DNA of 64,000 nt from a virus (Duplodnaviria > Caudoviricetes). This document shows positions 57,942 through 64,000 of this stretch, in pieces. Under the pieces are notes generated by a model. The model saw only the letters and a list, made by a program, of their open reading frames with translations, was not told the origin of the DNA and did not search any database. The translations under genes were made by a program, and so were the position numbers. Where the stretch lies: positions 31 through 64,030 of IMG/VR virus record IMGVR_UViG_3300043499_000058; one strand, written 5' to 3'. Numbering within the stretch: the stretch's first letter is position 1; the number at the start of each line of letters is the position of its first letter.

Positions 57942-58521
57942 TCGCTTCCGAGACGATGGCGTCCAGTTCGGTTGTCAGTTGTGCGATGCGCTTCTGAGTT
58001 TCGAGCGGCAACGCTTCGAGCTTGCTGAAAAAGTCGTCACTCAATTCGTGCTGATGCTGCTCGGTCTTGGTGACAACAGATTCGGACTTGTTGACCTTCG
58101 TGATCCCGACGCGATCCAGACCCTCCACGATTGCGTTGAGCCTGATCTTTGCGTCCGGTTCATGCCGAGCAATTTCGAGCAGACCTTCTGTCAGTTCGAC
58201 AGAGGCATCCTTCATGTGGTTGACAGCGCCCGCAACCTTGTCGGCAGCGACGATGGCCACCTTTGCCTGAAAATCATCGTCCTCGCCCCACGCCTTGACA
58301 AGCCCGGTCTGGATGTTCAGCGAGTCCGAGATGTAGCGCCAGGAGTAACCGACCGCCTTGAGAACGGCCGCGTAGTCCCTGGCCCACGAAAGCTCATGTG
58401 CGTTCAGTTCAGCCAGGTCGGTGATCTTTTTCACCTTCCGCTTGCTGAACAGTGTCCCACCTGACTTCCTGCGCGCGAGGCCGACCACGATTTCCTCGGC
58501 GGTTGTGTCCTTACGCGGCAC
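57928..58521 (-). CDS. terminase small subunit-like HTH protein
   Basis: HTH (GYSWRYISDSLNI...W..DDDF), RLNA...LDRVG. Confidence 0.65.
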   Translation of the reverse strand: MPRKDTTAEEIVVGLARRKSGGTLFSKRKVKKITDLAELNAHELSWARDYAAVLKAVGYSWRYISDSLNIQTGLVKAWGEDDDFQAKVAIVAADKVAGAVNHMKDASVELTEGLLEIARHEPDAKIRLNAIVEGLDRVGITKVNKSESVVTKTEQHQHELSDDFFSKLEALPLETQKRIAQLTTELDAIVSEASGHE

Positions 58522-60229
58522 TTGAAATCACACTCCCTGACCGTGCAAAAAGCTCCCCGACGGAAGCTGAAATTGAGATATGCGGCTTTTTCATCGTTGC
58601 GATCTCGCAGAACATGTCGGCGTGGTGCCAGTGATCCGGGTTCTTGTTTTTCACCCAACGCCGAATGTTACGGCCCTTGGTGTCCTCCTCCTCGGACGCC
58701 GCCATCTGACAAAGCTGGTACATGTAACCGTTGTACGGCAACCGAGGCATGATCTCCCCGATTGTCTCCACGTCAGAGGGCATGATCATCCGCCCGCCCA
58801 TGAGCCTACCTACGTGCATGTCGAACGCGTCGGTGCGGTCGATGTTCACCTTACCAACCTCGCCCGCCTTGGGCGTGTTGAAAACGCCTGTCTCGGCCTG
58901 GTCAGGTCGATCCTGCTCGAAGCCGATCCAGACCCTCTTGTGGTATTTCAGGGCCAGCTTCTTGGCCTCGCTCTTTTCAGGGTGGGCATCGATGATGCAG
59001 GTGAAAGAGCCGAGTCCCGCCAGGAAGGTGTCCAACTGATCCCACATCGGGTTGGCGGGTTTGTCAGCGAAGATTTTGGCTTGCCAGAAAATGCGACGGC
59101 CGTAACGGTCGATGTAGTCGGCCCTGACATGCAGGACGTTGCCGACATCGACGCCGACGTACACAGGGCCGGTCGGCAGTCCGCCTTGGCTGTGCCCCGA
59201 CTTCGGGATGCACTTGCGGATCAATTCAGGTGTGATCTGATCCCCGGCGCTGACAAACGGTTCACCACGGTTGTTGTTGTACCAAGCTCGCAGTTTCTTT
59301 GGCTGGACTTGCCCCAGGAAGTAGTTTTCCATGAAGCCAGCGATTGTCTGCGTGGGTGAGTTGAGTTGGTTGATCTGATAGCCGCGCTTACGTCCGCCTG
59401 GGTTGTCACTCTCCCAGGTGCCGAACGCGTTAGCAGCGGCGCGCTCTTGATCGGAAATCTCCTTGTGGCAGTAGACGCACCGAACGCTGCACTCCTCGGC
59501 CATGTCGCCAATGACAATGTTTTCGTCCACTGTGATCGTTTGTCTGCGCGAGCAATGCGGACAGGGGATGTACCAACGGTGCTGATCGCTTGCGTGCCAT
59601 GCGTCCTCTGCGTCTACGCCGTGACCCGGCGCGGTCGGGGTTGACAATTCGGTCTTGCGCTTGATGTCCGATCCGTCGAGCCGCGCCATCGCCTCGGGGA
59701 TGTTGTCCTCGATCATTTTGTCACGCTCGTCCATGACAAGACAATCGGCGGGGATCTCTCGAAGTTCAGTCCAGATGTTCGTACCTCGGATGCGAAGCGC
59801 GATGTCATCGATGGACTGCTTGTGCAGGCGGTTGTCAACGTTCTTGAAGTGGGCCTTTAGCTCCGCGTTCGAGTCGATGATCGGGTCGATCCGGCCCTGG
59901 ACAAAGGGGATAGCTCCGGTTTTCAATGGCATGAGGTAAAGCTGGTGCCACTTCCTTTTCACGATCCAGTGGAACGTCCTGACAAGGAAAATCGTTGTCA
60001 GTCCCATCTGCGCCCCCTTGGGCACGATGATCCACTCAGACTCGTCGCGGATGATGTCGCGTTGGAACTCGCGCCCGCGCATGTCGAAAGGATGTCCGTC
60101 TACTCTCAGCTTCAAGAGATCGGCCCAAGCGTCCGGGTATGCCTGTGCGTTCGCACGCGCTGACATACGGCTGCGGGGAGCAACCACAACCGGCTTGTTT
60201 ACAGGAATTTTGGCTGTTTTACGGGCCAC
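58511..60229 (-). CDS. terminase large subunit (lambda GpA family)
   Basis: KGAQMGLT, MDERD, STPT, CPHC..Q, GVDVG, PDH. Confidence 0.92.
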   Translation of the reverse strand: MARKTAKIPVNKPVVVAPRSRMSARANAQAYPDAWADLLKLRVDGHPFDMRGREFQRDIIRDESEWIIVPKGAQMGLTTIFLVRTFHWIVKRKWHQLYLMPLKTGAIPFVQGRIDPIIDSNAELKAHFKNVDNRLHKQSIDDIALRIRGTNIWTELREIPADCLVMDERDKMIEDNIPEAMARLDGSDIKRKTELSTPTAPGHGVDAEDAWHASDQHRWYIPCPHCSRRQTITVDENIVIGDMAEECSVRCVYCHKEISDQERAAANAFGTWESDNPGGRKRGYQINQLNSPTQTIAGFMENYFLGQVQPKKLRAWYNNNRGEPFVSAGDQITPELIRKCIPKSGHSQGGLPTGPVYVGVDVGNVLHVRADYIDRYGRRIFWQAKIFADKPANPMWDQLDTFLAGLGSFTCIIDAHPEKSEAKKLALKYHKRVWIGFEQDRPDQAETGVFNTPKAGEVGKVNIDRTDAFDMHVGRLMGGRMIMPSDVETIGEIMPRLPYNGYMYQLCQMAASEEEDTKGRNIRRWVKNKNPDHWHHADMFCEIATMKKPHISISASVGELFARSGSVISSAA

Positions 60230-60261
60230 TGAAAAGGGGCGGCTTTTGCACCGCTGATTTC

Positions 60262-60290
60262 AGTGTAGCCGGTGCCTGTCAGGGTGAAAA
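60262..60290 (-). promoter_or_regulatory. candidate promoter of the structural operon, TTTTCA-N17-TACACT
   Basis: good -10 and 17-nt spacer directly upstream of terminase. Confidence 0.55.
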
Positions 60291-60316
60291 GAAGGGCCGG
60301 GGTTTCCCCCGGCCCT
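60286..60316 (-). terminator. intrinsic terminator
   Basis: AGGGCCGGGG-GAAA-CCCCGGCCCT then TCTTTT. Confidence 0.85.
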
Positions 60317-60352
60317 CGGCCCGAATCGCCGCGCTCTCGGAAGCGGCAGCGA
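60286..60352 (-). ncRNA. candidate small RNA of about 67 nt
   Basis: own promoter, two hairpins, terminator, no ORF. Confidence 0.55.
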
Positions 60353-60358
60353 GAGATC

Positions 60359-60388
60359 AGCGTAGTGCGTACCTCACCGGCTTGTCAA
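60359..60388 (-). promoter_or_regulatory. promoter TTGACA-N18-TACGCT
   Basis: perfect -35 and TAnnnT. Confidence 0.65.
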
Positions 60389-60437
60389 ACCGGCTAGAAG
60401 TCCTCCCCTAGTGCTTCCTCCCCGAATCTCGGGAACC

Positions 60438-60686
60438 CTATTTTGTCATCGAACCAATAGTTTTCAGGAACGAGATCAAGCGGTACCTGAAACCCCATGT
60501 CAAACCATGCCTGACATTCTTTGAGGGTGAACCGTTGGGGATCACGAATGACAATGTAACCGTGTCCGAAGGGTAAACGAGTCGTGGCGTCACGTCGAAG
60601 TTGACAATCTTCTCGGAACCGTTTGGCAAGCTGAAAACCACTCGCGCGGATTCGAGCATCATGACGCCGTGCGTTGAGTCGGCCAT
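60438..60686 (-). CDS. hypothetical protein (alternative frame 60394-60711 also open)
   Basis: very strong SD GGGGAGGAG before ATG 60686. Confidence 0.5.
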   Translation of the reverse strand: MADSTHGVMMLESARVVFSLPNGSEKIVNFDVTPRLVYPSDTVTLSFVIPNGSPSKNVRHGLTWGFRYRLISFLKTIGSMTK

Positions 60687-60716
60687 ATCTCCTCCCCTTT
60701 ACTCCGGCCACGCCGG

Positions 60717-61160
60717 TTAGAGATTGTCACGAATTTGTCTCGACAACCTGACAAGGATGTAGGCCATCTTGTCCACCATGCCTTCCATGTGATGCCGGAA
60801 TGTCATGCTGATCAGATCGTCCACGTCCCGGTGGAGCAGACCGTCAAGTTGATCGAGGACGAATTCCGCTTCTCGGGTGACAAGATGCAGTAGCTCATGA
60901 ACGATGGCCGTCTCCATCGCCGCGTCTGCGCCGGGGTACTCCGCTGACATCATCGCCGGGTTGACGTACAATCGGGCCATCTCGTAGTCCTTGGCCCGCC
61001 AGATACGCGCGTGATCGTGCGGCCCGAACTCTCCGAAGTCGTCGGTGTTTTCAGGCCACTTGTCGTACTCCTCTGGCCAGACTACGTGCAAGTCCCAGGT
61101 TGTCAGCCCCAGGATTTGTACCCACCGTTGAACAGTGTGGTAAACGTCAACCCTGCTCAC
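60717..61160 (-). CDS. HExxH metallopeptidase-like protein
   Basis: IVHELLHL. Confidence 0.7.
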   Translation of the reverse strand: MSRVDVYHTVQRWVQILGLTTWDLHVVWPEEYDKWPENTDDFGEFGPHDHARIWRAKDYEMARLYVNPAMMSAEYPGADAAMETAIVHELLHLVTREAEFVLDQLDGLLHRDVDDLISMTFRHHMEGMVDKMAYILVRLSRQIRDNL

Positions 61161-61282
61161 TTGTCACCCTTCTTGCGTGCGCGTGCCTTTGCGACCGACT
61201 TCTCCTGCTCGCGCTCCGCAACCGCATCGACCACGACCTCGGCCTTCTCCTTCTTGGGCTTCGTCTTGTCAGCCGCACGCTC

Positions 61283-61459
61283 CTAAAGCACATCGGCATC
61301 GACCGGGATGCGCTCGCGGTTCCGCTTGGCAAAGACCTCGAAGCTGATCCGGCCAAGCCGCAAGTGCGGCATGAGATGGGTGAACCCATTGTTTTCCATC
61401 TGCGTGCGTTCGTCGTAATTGTCAGTTGGGGTACAGATCGTCTTACTGAGTGTCGCCAT
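61283..61459 (-). CDS. small hypothetical protein (MATLSK...)
   Basis: AAGGAGG SD. Confidence 0.55.
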   Translation of the reverse strand: MATLSKTICTPTDNYDERTQMENNGFTHLMPHLRLGRISFEVFAKRNRERIPVDADVL

Positions 61460-61469
61460 GTGTGCCTCC

Positions 61470-61976
61470 TTAGAGCGCCGCCGTCTCGAACGAGACGGTG
61501 CGCCGAGTCGCTTGCAGAAAGTGGTGGGCCGTGACAACCTGGCCTCCCAGGAACTTCACCATTTGCTCCTGAAAAGTGATCGGTAGTTCGAGCTTCATCG
61601 CGTGCTTGATCAGGTTGTATGTGTCCTGGCCGATATAGAAATCGACGTTGACAACGTGGACACGACTGGCAAGCTCGCACATACGGAACTGGACTGCATG
61701 GATGACCGCCTTCTCGCGCTCCCCGAGCGGCCACGACTCGCCAGGCTTGAAAACATGCTTGCCCAAGACGATGCAACCATCGAGCGCGAGCCTATACGCA
61801 GCATCCGCGAACGCTTGCTGAAAACGTGCCGATCCTGCGAGAAGAACGATCTCAGGCAGACCGCGCAACATTTTGACCTCTTGCAGCGCAGGCTCCACGA
61901 ACTCAGTTGCCACCCATCCGGGCATCTCGTTCGACTCTGCAAGTGACACCAAACATGCGAAGGTTCTATCCAACAT
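61470..61976 (-). CDS. nucleoside 2-deoxyribosyltransferase-fold protein
   Basis: IVLLAGSARF...G.IVL...VHVVNVD.YIG..T. Confidence 0.65.
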   Translation of the reverse strand: MLDRTFACLVSLAESNEMPGWVATEFVEPALQEVKMLRGLPEIVLLAGSARFQQAFADAAYRLALDGCIVLGKHVFKPGESWPLGEREKAVIHAVQFRMCELASRVHVVNVDFYIGQDTYNLIKHAMKLELPITFQEQMVKFLGGQVVTAHHFLQATRRTVSFETAAL

Positions 61977-62283
61977 TGTCACCACCCCCTTCAGGAGTCC
62001 AGATTCGGCCAGTACCGTCGGCCTTCTCCATGATCTTTTTCACTGTGTAGCCATCGAGCCGGTTGAACGTTATCGCCATCTTGCGGTTCGCGTGCTGGAT
62101 CGTGGCATCGCTCGGCTGCATCGGTGCCTGGGTGAGCGCCTGCCATTCGTAGTACGCGGCCAAGAATGCGATCACTTTGTCATCGTAGACCCCGATGAAC
62201 TCCATCTCGCCGTCCTGGGCATTGAGCTTGGTGATGTCACCCGGTTTAATGTAAGCCGGTGGGTAGGTCTTTTTTTCAGCCAT
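61966..62283 (-). CDS. hypothetical protein
   Basis: packed ORF. Confidence 0.55.
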   Translation of the reverse strand: MAEKKTYPPAYIKPGDITKLNAQDGEMEFIGVYDDKVIAFLAAYYEWQALTQAPMQPSDATIQHANRKMAITFNRLDGYTVKKIMEKADGTGRIWTPEGGGDNVG

Positions 62284-62491
62284 TCGACTCACGCTTGTAG
62301 ACGACGCGGCCATACATGACAGCGTTACCGTCCTCGTCACGCATTGGGACAATGATTTTGTCAGTCTGTACCCATGAACCATCGTCGTACGCCTGAAAAC
62401 GATCAAGGACGGCTGCGACTTCCTCGTTCAGCGCCTCCTCGACGTTCTCCTCGTTCTGATCCTCTGCCTCGAATCGAAAGCGTGTGATCAC
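62276..62491 (-). CDS. small acidic protein
   Basis: GGAGGAGG SD, GTGA coupling. Confidence 0.6.
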   Translation of the reverse strand: MITRFRFEAEDQNEENVEEALNEEVAAVLDRFQAYDDGSWVQTDKIIVPMRDEDGNAVMYGRVVYKRESNG

Positions 62492-62754
62492 AGCTTGCCC
62501 TCCTCCTTTGCGATGTTGAGCGCCCGCCTGACAAGTTCCCAGGGGTGGTAGGCCAGACGCGGGTAGTCTCTGACAATGACTTGTCGTTTGCGACCCCCAC
62601 GCCGCTTCTTGAAGATCCGGCAGCGATACGTTCCCCGATTCCCGCGAGTGGTCAACGTTCCCCACACGTCGTTGTCGAACAGTAACTCACCCAACAGTTG
62701 ATTGTCAGGCCCGTCAAAGCCACCTGGCAGAAGCTCCATCCGAACGCGGATCAC
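62488..62754 (-). CDS. hypothetical protein
   Basis: coupled ORF. Confidence 0.65.
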   Translation of the reverse strand: MIRVRMELLPGGFDGPDNQLLGELLFDNDVWGTLTTRGNRGTYRCRIFKKRRGGRKRQVIVRDYPRLAYHPWELVRRALNIAKEEGKL

Positions 62755-63062
62755 AGGTCATCTCTCCGATGTTCCAGTTCAGTTGTCAGGTTCTCGATCT
62801 CAGCCTTCAACTCGCGGCGCTCGTTGTCCCACCCCGTCTTGGCCGCGAGCCAGAACCGAAGCATGGCAACCAACATGCTCGCTCCTTCTGAATGCGTGCG
62901 CCGCCAGTCATTGTCACCGAGATACACCCAGACATCGGTGCTTGTGACCGCGATCTCGCCTCTCTTTGGTTCGCCATAGAACGGCTCGATGAGATGGTTG
63001 TCACCACCATTGAAAACGCGCCAGGCGTCTCGACCTTCGACTTTGAGTTGTGGGTTATCCAA
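62751..63062 (-). CDS. hypothetical protein with C-terminal coiled coil
   Basis: GGAGGAGG SD before TTG. Confidence 0.55.
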   Translation of the reverse strand: MDNPQLKVEGRDAWRVFNGGDNHLIEPFYGEPKRGEIAVTSTDVWVYLGDNDWRRTHSEGASMLVAMLRFWLAAKTGWDNERRELKAEIENLTTELEHRRDDL

Positions 63063-63426
63063 TGTCAGCCTCCTCCATGTAAGGGATTCCGCGCTCGCCG
63101 CAGAACCACAGGTGATCCGGTGGAATGACCGTGTAGACCTTGACTTCCTCGATTTTGTCACCCCAGGTCGGCCGCACGTGAACCTCGGCGCGCTCGGGCA
63201 GGTACACCTGCCACAAGTCCCACCGTTCGATCTCTGTCTGCGGCCCGAAGGCTCCTGACAACCCCCAAGCCATGCTCGGAGTCGGAGACAAGGAGATGTA
63301 GGGCAACGTGAGCGCCCCGTCATCGGCCCACGCTACTGTCACCTGCTGATACGGCTTCAGGCCACCCGAGCGAATCTTCTTGCGCCGTTCAGTGGGCGAC
63401 CAGTGAAAAAGCGGTTCAAGTCTCAC
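63055..63426 (-). CDS. ADP-ribosyltransferase-fold protein
   Basis: LFHWS...I...GL.P...ISLS...EE.KV...IPP. Confidence 0.65.
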   Translation of the reverse strand: MRLEPLFHWSPTERRKKIRSGGLKPYQQVTVAWADDGALTLPYISLSPTPSMAWGLSGAFGPQTEIERWDLWQVYLPERAEVHVRPTWGDKIEEVKVYTVIPPDHLWFCGERGIPYMEEADIG

Positions 63427-63635
63427 AGGCTACGCAAGTGGCGCTCGAAGTGAGAGTTGCACAGGCAGACTGGCGACCGCTTCTCGCGGATCGTTGCGAT
63501 GGCCTTGTCAGCCGTCCAATCCTTCCACATCATGAGCGCCCGCGCCGCGACCGACTTCATTCCACCTGAAAAACCGAAGTCACCCCGATACGTGTTCCCG
63601 AATCTGCCCTTTGCTTTGCCATCCAGTTCGGCCAT
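63423..63635 (-). CDS. hypothetical protein (MAELDGK...)
   Basis: GGGAGG SD. Confidence 0.55.
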   Translation of the reverse strand: MAELDGKAKGRFGNTYRGDFGFSGGMKSVAARALMMWKDWTADKAIATIREKRSPVCLCNSHFERHLRSL

Positions 63636-63742
63636 CCGGCCTCCCTTCTCGCCCTTCCGGGCTTTGTCAGACGCTACAGGGGCGGGGCACTTGAGCGAAC
63701 CCCACCCCCGAGCGCGGAGGTACCATGAACACCACTGACCCG

Positions 63743-63934
63743 TTACAACGCGACGAGCCGAGCGCGACCATTGGACTGTAGCACTTTCGCGCCGGGGAGG
63801 ATGCCGTACTCCATGAACCGCCGCCAGCGCGTATTGTGGCGCAACTGGCAGGCTCGACAGTCGAGCGAGTACGAATCGACCGGCCCGCCGCAACCAACAC
63901 ACAGGCCCGCCGCTCGCGCCGAGTAGTTAACCAT
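63743..63934 (-). CDS. small Zn-finger-like protein
   Basis: CVGCG...CRAC..H. Confidence 0.55.
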   Translation of the reverse strand: MVNYSARAAGLCVGCGGPVDSYSLDCRACQLRHNTRWRRFMEYGILPGAKVLQSNGRARLVAL

Positions 63935-64000
63935 GACGCCGACCCCGCGATCAAGCGCCCGCTCTCCTCGTTCGACACGCTGAAAAATCGCGTTCGAGTG

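Larger units (their letters stand above)
1..64000. repeat. dispersed over-represented hexamer TGACAA/TTGTCA (variant TGAAAA/TTTTCA)
   Basis: hand counts: 39 in 1-5000, 6 in 17001-18000, 7 in 47041-47900. Confidence 0.93.

Noticed and set aside
1-64000. Many long plus-strand ORFs in the ORF track
   Set aside because: They are antisense shadows of high-GC minus-strand genes, with no SD and no recognisable motifs; the minus strand is already fully tiled
1-64000. TGACAA sites as L5-type stoperators or as real promoters
   Set aside because: They lack a conserved 13-bp context, occur in both orientations and mostly inside genes, and nearly all have no -10 at the proper spacing
1-64000. Stop-codon reassignment
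   Set aside because: Conserved genes (dnaE, recA, terminase, portal) are intact in the standard code and all three stop codons terminate genes

Overview
This is a roughly 64 kb segment of a high-GC, contractile-tailed (myovirus-type) dsDNA bacteriophage, with essentially all genes on the minus strand. Read right to left it carries: small accessory genes, GpA-type large terminase, TerS-like protein, portal, protease/scaffold, capsid, neck, sheath, tube, frameshifted tail chaperone, tape measure, baseplate, fibre, lysis genes, replication genes (DnaB, primase, SSB-like, HU, DnaE), recombination genes (RecA, Hjc-like, Cas4-like, RuvC-like, SF2 helicase) and a histone-like gene. I saw no integrase, tRNA, CRISPR array or intein. 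The secreted proteins and HU style suggest an actinobacterial host (inference). Four signals stand out. (1) The non-palindromic hexamer TGACAA/TTGTCA (variant TGAAAA/TTTTCA) saturates the genome: 39 copies counted by eye in the first 5 kb versus about 1.5 expected, inside genes, next to start codons and in promoters. (2) There are nine intron-less homing endonuclease genes. At least six sit at gene termini with a duplicated, recoded N- or C-terminus of the host gene, and one forms the exact loop of an RNA stem. (3) A promoter- and terminator-bounded RNA of about 67 nt is complementary to two phage 5' UTRs. (4) Three protamine-like peptides lie in the head module. All product calls come from motif recognition by eye; no database searches were run.
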